Shown here piece by piece: positions 30,203 to 39,920 of a stretch of 64,000 bases of DNA. This stretch comes from a virus, in the IMG/VR virus record IMGVR_UViG_3300010413_000016, positions 1-64,000 of that record; one strand, 5' to 3'. Positions within the stretch are counted from its first letter, which is position 1. Each line of letters begins with the position of its first letter. Under the pieces are notes generated by a model that did not search any database, was not told the origin of the DNA, and saw only the letters and a list, made by a program, of their open reading frames with translations. A program made the position numbers and the translations under genes.

Positions 30203-30751
30203 ATGTTTATAAATCCAAAGATAGCAATTGAGAATGGATGGATTATTCCACCTTCTGACAATTTTGATTGGGAAAAATATGTTCAACCAAATGCAATAGA
30301 CTTTACGATCGATAGCTTGTTTACAATCAACGACAAAGTATCATTCATTATTAGCGAATCAGGTAAACAAATGCGCAAAGGTGAACCCGTTGTGGCAAAT
30401 CAGTTTGAAGATGGTTTATCATATTGGATGTTAGAATCCAATTCTGTTTATGACTTTATGTCAAACTTTTATGTTAACTTGCCTGATGGTGTTGCTTGTG
30501 AAATGATTGTTCGTAGCACATTTAATCGCAACGGAATCTTCCTCACAAGTGGATTATACGATAGTGGATTCAAAGGTAATATAGCTGGAGCACTGCATAA
30601 CCGTAGTGGTGTTGCATATATCTCTCCAGGCACACGTGTTGGCCAAATTAAATTCATTGCATCTGATAGCGAAGGCTCATATGCAGGCCAATACAACACA
30701 GAAAATGGCCAGCACTGGTCAGATGCAATTAAAAATAAGGAAGATAAATGA
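30203..30751 (+). CDS. Trimeric dUTPase/dCTP deaminase family
   Basis: QPNAID, RSTFNRNG, YDSGFKG, RVGQ, YAGQY. Confidence 0.8.
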   Translation: MFINPKIAIENGWIIPPSDNFDWEKYVQPNAIDFTIDSLFTINDKVSFIISESGKQMRKGEPVVANQFEDGLSYWMLESNSVYDFMSNFYVNLPDGVACEMIVRSTFNRNGIFLTSGLYDSGFKGNIAGALHNRSGVAYISPGTRVGQIKFIASDSEGSYAGQYNTENGQHWSDAIKNKEDK

Positions 30752-31392
30752 TTTTTGAAACTATGGCGGCAGCATTCGTAATCACGAGTGGGTGGTTTTG
30801 GGTTGGTACGGTACTAACGTTTTTGATTATTTTAGCATTGTCAGAAAATGATCACAATTGGCTAGCTGGTATCTTTGCAGGTGGTTTTGTGTATGTAGTA
30901 ACCACAACAAATCCAACGTTGTTTGATTGGAGTTGGTCATCGATTATTTTTGTGTCACTACTGTATGTTGTTATTGGCTGTTTATGGTCACTAGCCAAAT
31001 GGTTCTTCTATGTACGTAGCTATGCAGAAGCTTTTAAGGAATATAAACTACGGTGGATTCGTAAGTATAACAAACAGCATCCCAATTCACCTATTGCCGA
31101 AGATGCAAGTGTACGGCTTTCACAAGTTTGTGATGACAATTTATCAAACTTCCATAGCTTTATGAGAGCACATGCGCATCAAGGTAAACTAATGACATCC
31201 AATCTGCCAAGGTGGACAAACGAAAAGGATAGAATCGTTCCGTGGATAATGTTTTGGCCAACCTCTTTTGTGTGGACAATGTTAAATGAGCCTACTGTTC
31301 GAATGGCCAAAGCAGCATACCAATCAATGGGCAAACTTTTTGATTCTATTACCAAATCTGTTAACTTGAGCGTTGGCGTTTCCGATGAATAA
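30748..31392 (+). CDS. Membrane protein
   Basis: Several TM segments; WIMFWP. Confidence 0.7.
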   Translation: MIFETMAAAFVITSGWFWVGTVLTFLIILALSENDHNWLAGIFAGGFVYVVTTTNPTLFDWSWSSIIFVSLLYVVIGCLWSLAKWFFYVRSYAEAFKEYKLRWIRKYNKQHPNSPIAEDASVRLSQVCDDNLSNFHSFMRAHAHQGKLMTSNLPRWTNEKDRIVPWIMFWPTSFVWTMLNEPTVRMAKAAYQSMGKLFDSITKSVNLSVGVSDE

Positions 31393-31491
31393 TATTTTTG
31401 ATCGAATCAATTATGGATTTCGTCCAGGTGAGGTGGTAGTCTTTATGGCTACCACCAAACCAAAAAACAAAAATTAAAAAAGAAGGCGCGT

Positions 31492-32130
31492 ATGAGCTCA
31501 CCAAAAGACAAACCAAGAGGGTACTTTAAGTACCTCTTGACAATTGATTGTGAGACCACAGGTCTCAACTTCGAGACAGACGACCCATCTGATGGACAAC
31601 AGACGGTATCGTGGGGAGTAATTGTAGCTGATGCTACTACTCTTAAACCAGTCGAAGACTTATATGTTGAAATCAAATGGAACGAAGAAAGTATTCGGAA
31701 ACGAGAAGAAGATCCATCGTTTGGTAAAAAAGCTGAAAAAATTCACGGACTGACACAAGATTATCTTGAACAAAATGGTGTAACAGAAGAAGAGGCCGTC
31801 ACTCAAATTGCTAACCTAATCCTAAAATATTGGGGACCAACTGTGAGCGTCAGAACGTTAGGACATAATGTTCACACTTTCGATATGCCATTTTTGCGAT
31901 CCATGTTCCGTCGAGTTGGAATTGAATTGAAATTCGGGAATCGACACTACGATACAAACAGCCTTGGGTTTATGGTTTATGAAACGTTCAATTCTGATGA
32001 TCTCTTTTCAATTATTGGCTTTGACGAACGTGGACAACATAACGCACTCGAGGATGCACACATGGCTCTTAAATCTGCTCGTGTAACTCGAAAGTTGTTC
32101 AAGGGGATGTTTGAAGGAGACACTAAATGA
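31492..32130 (+). CDS. DEDDh 3'-5' exonuclease (DnaQ-like)
   Basis: IDCETTG, GHNV.FD, HNALEDA. Confidence 0.88.
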   Translation: MSSPKDKPRGYFKYLLTIDCETTGLNFETDDPSDGQQTVSWGVIVADATTLKPVEDLYVEIKWNEESIRKREEDPSFGKKAEKIHGLTQDYLEQNGVTEEEAVTQIANLILKYWGPTVSVRTLGHNVHTFDMPFLRSMFRRVGIELKFGNRHYDTNSLGFMVYETFNSDDLFSIIGFDERGQHNALEDAHMALKSARVTRKLFKGMFEGDTK

Positions 32131-32588
32131 AACCATCAGTATACTTAGCAGGTACAATAACAGGCAGTTCTTTCACTGAAGCTACAGGTTGGCGAGAAGA
32201 CGTTACCCAAATCCTCGAAGCAAGTGGGATTGCATGCTTCTCTCCACTACGTACCAAGACTTACCTTCTCGAAGAAACCTGTATTGCTGACTCATATGAA
32301 GAAAAGGTGATGTCATCGCAACGTGGCATTTACGCAAGAGATTTTTATGATTGTAGATCCAAAGATGCAGTATTTGTTAATCTTCTTGGGGCAACGAAAG
32401 TTAGTATTGGTACTGTAATGGAAATTGCTTGGGCGACAGCGTATAGCAAACCTATTGTGTTAGTAATGGAAAAGGAAGGAAATCTACATGATCACGCGAT
32501 GATTCGAGAAGCCTGCCCATTTATAGTACACTCTCTCGAAGAAGGCATTCACATAATGAAATCAATTTTACTACCGTTAGGACACTGA
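32127..32588 (+). CDS. Nucleoside 2-deoxyribosyltransferase / dNMP N-glycosidase family
   Basis: VYLAG, RD..D, SIGTVMEIAWA. Confidence 0.8.
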   Translation: MKPSVYLAGTITGSSFTEATGWREDVTQILEASGIACFSPLRTKTYLLEETCIADSYEEKVMSSQRGIYARDFYDCRSKDAVFVNLLGATKVSIGTVMEIAWATAYSKPIVLVMEKEGNLHDHAMIREACPFIVHSLEEGIHIMKSILLPLGH

Positions 32589-32589
32589 T

Positions 32590-33978
32590 ATGGGAACACG
32601 CAAACAGGGATACAAGCGGATTCGGAGTGTAGCAGGTGATCTTTTACTATCACCATATGAAGATTATTCAAATAATAGAACTATGTTGAGATTTAAATGT
32701 CTTGGTTGTGATCAAGTATTCGAGACAACATCCTATCTATACCAAAAAAGCGAAGACGGAAAACGTTGTGTGTCGTGTAAACGAAGAAACGTGGTCACCG
32801 ACAATGATACTCGGGAGGAGTTTATATCGCGATGCGAAGAGGTTCATGGAAAGTATTATAACTATTCACAGTTGCCACATACATTCTCTAAAACCGAAAA
32901 AGTAACTATAATTTGTCCTAAACATGGCAAGTTCACTCAAACGCCAGACGTTCATCTACGCGGAAGTGGCTGCCCAAAATGTAAGGTTGAAAAGGTAACA
33001 CAAGTAACGAGATCAAACAAAACAGATTTTATTTTTAAAGCAAATAAAATACATGATTTTAAGTTCAATTATACCAATGTAACATATGTTAATGCAATAA
33101 CGCCTGTAACTATAATTTGTCCTAAACATGGCAAGTTCACTCAAACGCCAGACGTTCATCTACGCGGAAGTGGCTGCCCAAAATGCTATTCAAGCTCTCA
33201 AATAAGAACTATCCAACAAACGTTAGATAATCATAATATTTTATATGTAAGCGAAAAAACTTTTGCAGGATGTATTGGTATTGGGGGCAAACTATTGCGT
33301 TTTGACATATACATTCCCGAATTTAACACCTGTATCGAGTACGATGGACCTCACCATTATCGGCCAACAATATATGGTGGTTATACAATTGAGCAGGCTA
33401 CTAATAATTTCAAAAAACAAAAACAAAATGATACTATTAAAAATGACTTTTGTACCAATAACCACATAGATCTTATACGCATACCATACACACAGAATCA
33501 TCCTGATGCTACAGTACTTAAATATTTAAATACAAAGCAACCTGAAAGGTTTATGTATACATGGGATGATTTATCAGTGGATGTTAAGAAGATTATTAAT
33601 TACATCATGTCATTTGACTATGAAAGATTCGCGGTGTATGGTATCAAACGTGGGGGGATACCTTTTGCTATTCCTGTATCGTATCATTTTGAAAATCAAT
33701 GTGAGCTAGGAATAGTGACGTATCAAAGATACGATAATAATGATACAAAAGTATCACATGATATCAACCACTCAACCAAAGATATACCTATTTTTGTAAT
33801 TGATGATCTAATCAGTTCTGGTGAAACTATGAGTAAAGTAGTCAAGTCGCTACAACACAAATACAAAAAAGCAAAGATACATCCTATTGTAATATTCGGA
33901 GACGAGAATGAAGAAGGTATCTTTTTTATTCGAGCTCATCCAAAGCAATGGATTGTTTTTCCTTATGAAGCGGAATAG
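32590..33978 (+). CDS. Fusion: zinc-ribbon/PD-(D/E)xK homing-type endonuclease plus Gpt-like purine phosphoribosyltransferase
   Basis: CPKHG...HLRGSGCPKC twice; RFDIYI...IEYDGPHH; then YTWDD, GIKRGG, VIDDLISSGET, WIVFPYE. Confidence 0.8.
   Translation: MGTRKQGYKRIRSVAGDLLLSPYEDYSNNRTMLRFKCLGCDQVFETTSYLYQKSEDGKRCVSCKRRNVVTDNDTREEFISRCEEVHGKYYNYSQLPHTFSKTEKVTIICPKHGKFTQTPDVHLRGSGCPKCKVEKVTQVTRSNKTDFIFKANKIHDFKFNYTNVTYVNAITPVTIICPKHGKFTQTPDVHLRGSGCPKCYSSSQIRTIQQTLDNHNILYVSEKTFAGCIGIGGKLLRFDIYIPEFNTCIEYDGPHHYRPTIYGGYTIEQATNNFKKQKQNDTIKNDFCTNNHIDLIRIPYTQNHPDATVLKYLNTKQPERFMYTWDDLSVDVKKIINYIMSFDYERFAVYGIKRGGIPFAIPVSYHFENQCELGIVTYQRYDNNDTKVSHDINHSTKDIPIFVIDDLISSGETMSKVVKSLQHKYKKAKIHPIVIFGDENEEGIFFIRAHPKQWIVFPYEAE
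32902..33185 (+). repeat. 80-bp exact direct repeat (32902-32981, 33106-33185)
   Basis: Identical DNA encoding VTIICPKHGKFTQTPDVHLRGSGCPKC. Confidence 0.95.
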
Positions 33979-34081
33979 GATCACAATGGAACAAATTATA
34001 AGCTATAATTGTTGACTCCTATTACCCTCTTATGATATAATTATACTATGTAAAATTTAACTTTTGAATAGGACAACCGTT

Positions 34082-34609
34082 ATGAATAAAGCTAAAACAT
34101 TAACTTGGAATGATCGAATCGCGTTGATTGAACATTATAAACCTGATGACAATACTATTTGTCAAGTGTTTGGTGTAACGCCAAATGAGTTGGTTGCTGC
34201 ACGCCACATGGAAGGAAACGGTACGCTTGTGCCAACGCCCAATATCGATTATGCTTCATACAAGCATCTATTTGTAACCGCCACGTCATCCACAAAAGAT
34301 GTTCCAAAAGAATCTTCTGCCACTTCAGTGAAAGTAGAACCTGGAGGCAAACCAGAAACTGCAACGAAGAAGTCAAAAACTCCTCAGAAGCGTGGAAGAA
34401 AAGGTGATAAAATCACAAAAGCGTTTGAAGCTATTCCCGAAATCCCAGTTGATGCAGAAACGTTTGCAGAGACTCATTCTGTTTCTTTAGCTGTATTGCG
34501 TCAAAGCAAACGATTTGACAAGACCAATATCAATGGTAGTGTTAAAGTTAAAAAAGACAAAGAGTCGGGCAAGTTGATGATCTGGCGCGAAGCATTGAAC
34601 GAAGAATGA
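34082..34609 (+). CDS. Hypothetical basic protein
   Basis: KRGRKG; TTGACT-18-TATAAT at 34012-34041. Confidence 0.65.
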   Translation: MNKAKTLTWNDRIALIEHYKPDDNTICQVFGVTPNELVAARHMEGNGTLVPTPNIDYASYKHLFVTATSSTKDVPKESSATSVKVEPGGKPETATKKSKTPQKRGRKGDKITKAFEAIPEIPVDAETFAETHSVSLAVLRQSKRFDKTNINGSVKVKKDKESGKLMIWREALNEE

Positions 34610-34616
34610 GGTCATA

Positions 34617-35531
34617 ATGGAACGAACCGAAAAAAAATATACCTATAGCGAAATCTTTCATTCATTTCAAGGTGAAGGAACATATACTGGCCGCAACACT
34701 GCATGGATTAGATTCTTTCTGTGCAACCTCCAGTGTTCAGGATTCGGACAGAAAGATCCAACAGATCCGTCTACCTATATCTTGCCCTATAAAGATTTGG
34801 ATGTTAGTAAGTACACTAATATTGAAGACCTTCCTGTCTTTGAGTATGGCTGCGATTCGAGCTATACTTGGGCCAAGAAATATAAACACCTAGCAAAAAA
34901 AGCGTCGGCGTTTGAAATATGTGATAGGATTCAGGCCGTTTTAGCCCACGAGACTAATCCGGGCGGATTATTTTTGCATCCTATATCAAGACAGCATACT
35001 AATTTAGCATTTACTGGCGGCGAGCCGATGTTAAATCAAGAAGCGATGGAATCGATTATCATCGAATTTGCTGAACGTCACAACTCTCCTCTCTACGTCA
35101 CGGTAGAAACAAATGGAACTATTGATATTGCAAATCCTGAATTGCAGACAATCATTGAAGAGTGGTATGCTGATGAAGGAGCAGAGTGGTTTTGGTCCGT
35201 AAGTCCTAAGCTATTCTCGACGAGCGGCGAACTGGCTAAAAAAGCTATTCGTCCCGAAGTCGTCAGCATGTATGCCAATATGAGTAATCACGGACACTTG
35301 AAGTATGTTGTAAACGGAACAAATCAAAGTTGGGATGAAGTTGAACAAGCAACTGAAGCATTTCGTAAAGAAGGTGTCGGTTGGGACGTCTACATTATGC
35401 CAGTTGGAGCAACGAAAGAGCAGCAAGAAGATGAACAAATTGCTGAAATTGCAATGGAAGCTATGAAACGTGGATATCATGTATCTGGACGATTGCATTG
35501 CTACATTTTCGGAAATAAAATCGGCACGTAA
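34617..35531 (+). CDS. queE: 7-carboxy-7-deazaguanine synthase (radical SAM)
   Basis: SEIFHSFQGEG, RF..CNLQC...CDS, TGGEP, ETNGT, SVSPKL, RLH. Confidence 0.9.
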   Translation: MERTEKKYTYSEIFHSFQGEGTYTGRNTAWIRFFLCNLQCSGFGQKDPTDPSTYILPYKDLDVSKYTNIEDLPVFEYGCDSSYTWAKKYKHLAKKASAFEICDRIQAVLAHETNPGGLFLHPISRQHTNLAFTGGEPMLNQEAMESIIIEFAERHNSPLYVTVETNGTIDIANPELQTIIEEWYADEGAEWFWSVSPKLFSTSGELAKKAIRPEVVSMYANMSNHGHLKYVVNGTNQSWDEVEQATEAFRKEGVGWDVYIMPVGATKEQQEDEQIAEIAMEAMKRGYHVSGRLHCYIFGNKIGT

Positions 35532-35537
35532 TTTGTC

Positions 35538-35566
35538 TTGACATACTACCCTTAATCCAATACAAT
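35538..35566 (+). promoter_or_regulatory. sigma70-type promoter of the channel/PspA cassette
   Basis: TTGACA-17 bp-TACAAT. Confidence 0.7.
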
Positions 35567-35601
35567 ACCCTCTCTGGAAAAAATCCTTTGAGGGTATTTT
35601 T

Positions 35602-36615
35602 ATGTTACGTAAAATTATTACTGTACTGTTGTTTGTAGTTGCAACAAACGTTTTTGCATCGCCGTTGTATACTATCGGTGTCAAAGAAGCTAAACCCTTT
35701 TCATATAAAGAGAATGGCCAATGGAAAGGAATCAGCATTAATTTGATCAGACTGCTATCCGAGGACATGGGCTTCAGATATAAATTCGTGGAAGACAAAA
35801 CAGTCGATCAGTTAATTGGTGATACGGAAAACCATGCAACTGACTTTTCTATAGCTGCGGTATCGACGACAGCTGCCCGCGAAAAGGTTGTTGATTTTTC
35901 GCATCCTTATTTCTCCACATCAATGGGAATTCTGTCTTATGGGAAACCACCTTGGTATGAAACTGTCTGGTGGATCGCAAAACGGCTACTAATAACGTTG
36001 GTGATCTTTATCGTCGGACTGTACATTGTTGGAGCCTTGGCTGACAAAATTGATGGCGATGAGAATATACGCAATCCGCACGAAGGTGCTTGGTGGGCAT
36101 TGGTAACCTTTACTACGACAGGTTATGGTGACTACGTTCCAAAGACGGGCAAAGGAAAAATATTCGCATCTATTTGGATGGTCGCTAGTCTGATATTGTT
36201 GTCAACATTTACAGGTTATTTGGCGTCAGCGATGACGATTAAACAAATGTCCACAGCGCCTATCACTCTTGGTAACCTTTATTCGTCTTCCGTTGTTACG
36301 GTTAAAGGTACCACTAGTCAACGATTGTTAGATAATCTTGGTATTAAGTATCATTCTGTGCAAACAGCAGATGAAGCTGTCGATTTGGTAATGAAACGAC
36401 GGGTGAGAGCGTTTGCATATGATAGTGCGTTGCTCCAATATTATGCGAACACCAACGGTAATTTGTCGATGGTAACCGTTGATGCGAATAATGAAAATTA
36501 TGCTATCGTTTTTCCTCAAGGGTCACAGTTGACAGAACAGTTTAATGTCGGTATACTTAGGGTCATGACGTCACCGAAGTGGAAAGATGTACGTCACGAA
36601 TATTTTGTTCAATAA
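35602..36615 (+). CDS. GluR0-type ligand-gated potassium channel
   Basis: Signal peptide; family 3 solute-binding S1 (REKVVDFSHPYF); TM1; WWALVTFTTTGYGD filter; TM2; S2. Confidence 0.88.
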   Translation: MLRKIITVLLFVVATNVFASPLYTIGVKEAKPFSYKENGQWKGISINLIRLLSEDMGFRYKFVEDKTVDQLIGDTENHATDFSIAAVSTTAAREKVVDFSHPYFSTSMGILSYGKPPWYETVWWIAKRLLITLVIFIVGLYIVGALADKIDGDENIRNPHEGAWWALVTFTTTGYGDYVPKTGKGKIFASIWMVASLILLSTFTGYLASAMTIKQMSTAPITLGNLYSSSVVTVKGTTSQRLLDNLGIKYHSVQTADEAVDLVMKRRVRAFAYDSALLQYYANTNGNLSMVTVDANNENYAIVFPQGSQLTEQFNVGILRVMTSPKWKDVRHEYFVQ

Positions 36616-36634
36616 CCAAACAAGGAGATGACAA

Positions 36635-38320
36635 GTGTCATTTAAATCAAGTATTAAGAAAATCGCCTTATTGGCCACTATCGTTGCAATCGCAGCACCC
36701 ATGGCATATGCGCCTGTTGCAGATGCAAAGAGTTTTGGTGGAGGCCGTAGCTTTTCTTCTTCCTCGTTCAGCCGTAGCTCTTCCTATTCATCTCGATCGA
36801 GTGGAAGCTTCTGGGGGAGCAGCAAGAAGTCTTCGTCCTACTCGTCTGCAAAAACGTATACTTCCAGCAAGCCGGTCCAGAAGAAATCTACTTCCGTTAA
36901 GCCAGTTTCATCTGCCAAGAGTTCGAAGTTTGGAGCGTCCAAACCGAAGTCCTTCCAACACGTTGGAACGGGCTACCAAACTGCGTCAGCGAAGTACTCT
37001 CTGAAAGCTCAACGAGCTAAGTTCAAGAAGCCAGCGTACACTTCAACTGCGGGGTCGAAAGTTAATCGTAGCTTTGCCTACAAGAAGACTTACAGCTCCA
37101 ATCCTGTTTACGCATCGGCGAGACACAGCAACCGTAGTACCTATTTCGATCGCCGTCATCGTTACTACAGCAGCTATCATGTGCCGACCTACGTATACAA
37201 TGTGTCGCCGTCCTATGGTTTGTGGGATACTATCTTCCTGTACAGCATGTTAAATAATATGTCGAACGCATCAACTTTTGCATATAACCATCAGCATGAT
37301 GCAGACTATATGGCATGGAGACGTGAAGCTGAGCGTCAAGCTCAAACCAACGCCGACCTTCGAGCTGAACTTGCCTCTTTGGATTCGAAGATATCCAAGA
37401 TGAGTGGACCTGTAAATCCTAACTACCTGCCTAAAGGTGTTGATGCTGACATCGCTCTGTCTCAGGAAGCTCTCGCTTCCCAGAAGCCCACTTTGCGAGT
37501 GTGTGTTGGAAGTAAATCTGGAGCATACTACCGCGTCACAAGTCTGCTTCAACAAGGCCAAAATTCAGTGAACGTTGATATTATCACCACTGAAGGTTCA
37601 CTGGATACGATTGATGCTATTGCCGACGGCAAGTGCGATGGTGGATTTGTTCAAAGCAACAGTTACTGGAACTACGTTGAGACTAAGCAGAGTGCCAACC
37701 TTCCATTCACACGTATGTTCTCACCCTTCAAAGAGACTGTACACCTCGTATGCAATGCTCGAAGTGGCATCAAAAATGTAGATGATCTGGACTCCGATAA
37801 CCATGTGTACTTCCCACAGAAATCTGGAGCCGCATCAACCTGGGCAGATTTCGTTGCTGATGATAGTGACTACCGTGATGTGCAAACTTCTCTGACCAAT
37901 CCTGCTCTTAAGGTTGGATCTACCGAAGAAGCATTCCTAAAGGCTGGTCAGGATAAGAATGGTTGTGCAATGTATGTTGTAGCTGCAGGAGCAACTTCTA
38001 TCATGCGTAATACTGACAACGGTGCCAAAGCTAGCAATCTTGTGTTGGTTAATGTGAAGGAAGATGGTGTCACTGACACGACTGATCCGTCTGGTGCCCA
38101 TGTGTATTCAACTACGGAACTGAACAAGAAAACGTATCCTAACCTTCTTCGCAAAGCTGGTTGGTTCGGTCTGTTCTCTGGTAATGTCAACACTCTGAAA
38201 GTCAACGCTGATTTTATTATCAGCGATGCTTGGAAGGACAAGAACAAAGATGCATATCCTGAAATGGCAAATGTGTTTGTAGGAATGACTCCTACCATTC
38301 ACAAGACTGTTCACCAGTAA
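36635..38320 (+). CDS. Secreted Ser/Lys-rich protein with C-terminal TAXI-type solute-binding domain
   Basis: Signal peptide; SFGGGRSFSSS low complexity; GSKSGAYY, TEGSLD, GFVQS, ETVHLV. Confidence 0.7.
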   Translation: MSFKSSIKKIALLATIVAIAAPMAYAPVADAKSFGGGRSFSSSSFSRSSSYSSRSSGSFWGSSKKSSSYSSAKTYTSSKPVQKKSTSVKPVSSAKSSKFGASKPKSFQHVGTGYQTASAKYSLKAQRAKFKKPAYTSTAGSKVNRSFAYKKTYSSNPVYASARHSNRSTYFDRRHRYYSSYHVPTYVYNVSPSYGLWDTIFLYSMLNNMSNASTFAYNHQHDADYMAWRREAERQAQTNADLRAELASLDSKISKMSGPVNPNYLPKGVDADIALSQEALASQKPTLRVCVGSKSGAYYRVTSLLQQGQNSVNVDIITTEGSLDTIDAIADGKCDGGFVQSNSYWNYVETKQSANLPFTRMFSPFKETVHLVCNARSGIKNVDDLDSDNHVYFPQKSGAASTWADFVADDSDYRDVQTSLTNPALKVGSTEEAFLKAGQDKNGCAMYVVAAGATSIMRNTDNGAKASNLVLVNVKEDGVTDTTDPSGAHVYSTTELNKKTYPNLLRKAGWFGLFSGNVNTLKVNADFIISDAWKDKNKDAYPEMANVFVGMTPTIHKTVHQ

Positions 38321-38334
38321 GAGAGGCCAGTCCA

Positions 38335-39000
38335 ATGTGGAATTACATCAAACGTAAAATTGGACTGGGTGGTGCGGACAAGGATGTCCCAGCCTCCGAA
38401 CAGTTCTATTCGCCTCTACGAATCGCTCTGCATAGTACAATCGGACTGGATACTGTCGATTGGATCGTTGTACAGCAGGATCTGAGCCCCAATTTCAGCG
38501 TTCCTGTCGGAAAGATGGAAGTTCTTGCAATTGGACAAACGGAACAAGGCATATACCGTTTCTACTTGCAAGATGAAAAAAGTACCGAATTCGTATTGCA
38601 AGTGTTGTGCGATAAAGATCATCGAACTGGCGATGAGAAAGTGAGCGAAATTATGTTGTTCAAGCAGGTTTCATCTCACTATCCATCTTCGGATGAAGCA
38701 TGGTCAGAGTACATCAAAGACTTCGGTCTTAAGACATTCATTCTTGATGACATCACTTATGACCGAGTATGGGGTGATGAAATGTCCGAAGTTGCTGAAC
38801 CGATTAAATTTGATGAGCATATCATTGCTCCTCAAGAAGAGTACGATTATGAAGATAGTTACATGTTGTATGTCAGAGAGATCGGTGGACAGGACATCTC
38901 GGAATTCGCTCTCATCGGAATCGAAGAAAGCAGTGACTCAGCAGAAGTGGTAACACACATTGGGCTGACCGTTTATCCTTCAAACGTGACAGTTCAGTAG
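38335..39000 (+). CDS. YjfK/DUF2491-like protein
   Basis: YRFYLQD..FVLQV...YDRVWG...MLYVR...LIGIEE; next to PspA as in yjfJK. Confidence 0.65.
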   Translation: MWNYIKRKIGLGGADKDVPASEQFYSPLRIALHSTIGLDTVDWIVVQQDLSPNFSVPVGKMEVLAIGQTEQGIYRFYLQDEKSTEFVLQVLCDKDHRTGDEKVSEIMLFKQVSSHYPSSDEAWSEYIKDFGLKTFILDDITYDRVWGDEMSEVAEPIKFDEHIIAPQEEYDYEDSYMLYVREIGGQDISEFALIGIEESSDSAEVVTHIGLTVYPSNVTVQ

Positions 39001-39052
39001 CCCCAAACAACTTTTTAATGTATAGTGTTATTTTCAACTTAGGAGATTAAAC

Positions 39053-39808
39053 ATGATTGGTCGTTTCTTTAAGCACTACGGCAAACAAAAAATCACTGAT
39101 GGTATTAACGCGCTGAATGACGCCATCGTTTCTTTTGACCCTGTTGGTGCATCCGAGGCAGCCATTGCCGAAATGGAAGAGAACTTCGACAGTATCAACC
39201 GCGAATACTCGAAAGCGAAACAGGACTGGGCACGCGAACAGAAAGAGGCTGACGAAATCGTTGCTCTGTACGACAAGCGCCTGGCCGCTGCTGAACACAT
39301 CCAGAACCAACTCGCTACCGATCCTGACAATGGCCAGCTATCTGATGCCCTCGATCAGTTGGTATCGGCACTGGAAGGAATGCAGGATGATGTCGAGCGC
39401 GAGAAAGAAGAAGCAGCTGATGCGAAGGAAGTGATGACGGAACTCGAAGCTACTGTCAAGATGTATGCTGACAAGCTCAAGACTGCACGCACAGACATGA
39501 AGAAGGCTGCAAACGCAATGGAAAAAGCCAAGCGTCAGGAAGAGCGTGCCAATGCTCAAGCTGATCGTGCTGCTCAACTTGCGGGGATTAAATCTCAAGC
39601 GTCTGGAATCAGTTCTGCCCTTGAGAGCATGAATCGCCAAGCTACCGAGGCTCAGGCACGTGCTGATGCTGCTAAGCGGAAAGCTGAACTTCTCGGTCCT
39701 TCCACAGTCGACGACAACGACGCAGTGGCAGCCGCAATGGCTGCTGTATCTGGAACCGCCGGCCCAGCCGCTTCTGTAACAGATCGTCTGGCGGCCCTTA
39801 AGAAATAA
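39053..39808 (+). CDS. pspA: PspA/IM30 (ESCRT-III-like) family protein
   Basis: DP motif, long coiled coils, C-terminal DRLAALKK. Confidence 0.75.
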   Translation: MIGRFFKHYGKQKITDGINALNDAIVSFDPVGASEAAIAEMEENFDSINREYSKAKQDWAREQKEADEIVALYDKRLAAAEHIQNQLATDPDNGQLSDALDQLVSALEGMQDDVEREKEEAADAKEVMTELEATVKMYADKLKTARTDMKKAANAMEKAKRQEERANAQADRAAQLAGIKSQASGISSALESMNRQATEAQARADAAKRKAELLGPSTVDDNDAVAAAMAAVSGTAGPAASVTDRLAALKK

Positions 39809-39826
39809 GGATCCGTCGCTTCGTCT

Positions 39827-39855
39827 AAAAGGGACCTAATCTAGGTCCCTTTTTT
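39827..39855 (+). terminator. Rho-independent terminator
   Basis: aaaagggaccta-atc-taggtcccttttt. Confidence 0.85.
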
Positions 39856-39920
39856 ATTATATTTTTGTTGTGCCGTTGCACACTTTTTGATATAATAAGT
39901 AGAACTAGAGGAAGTAAGTT

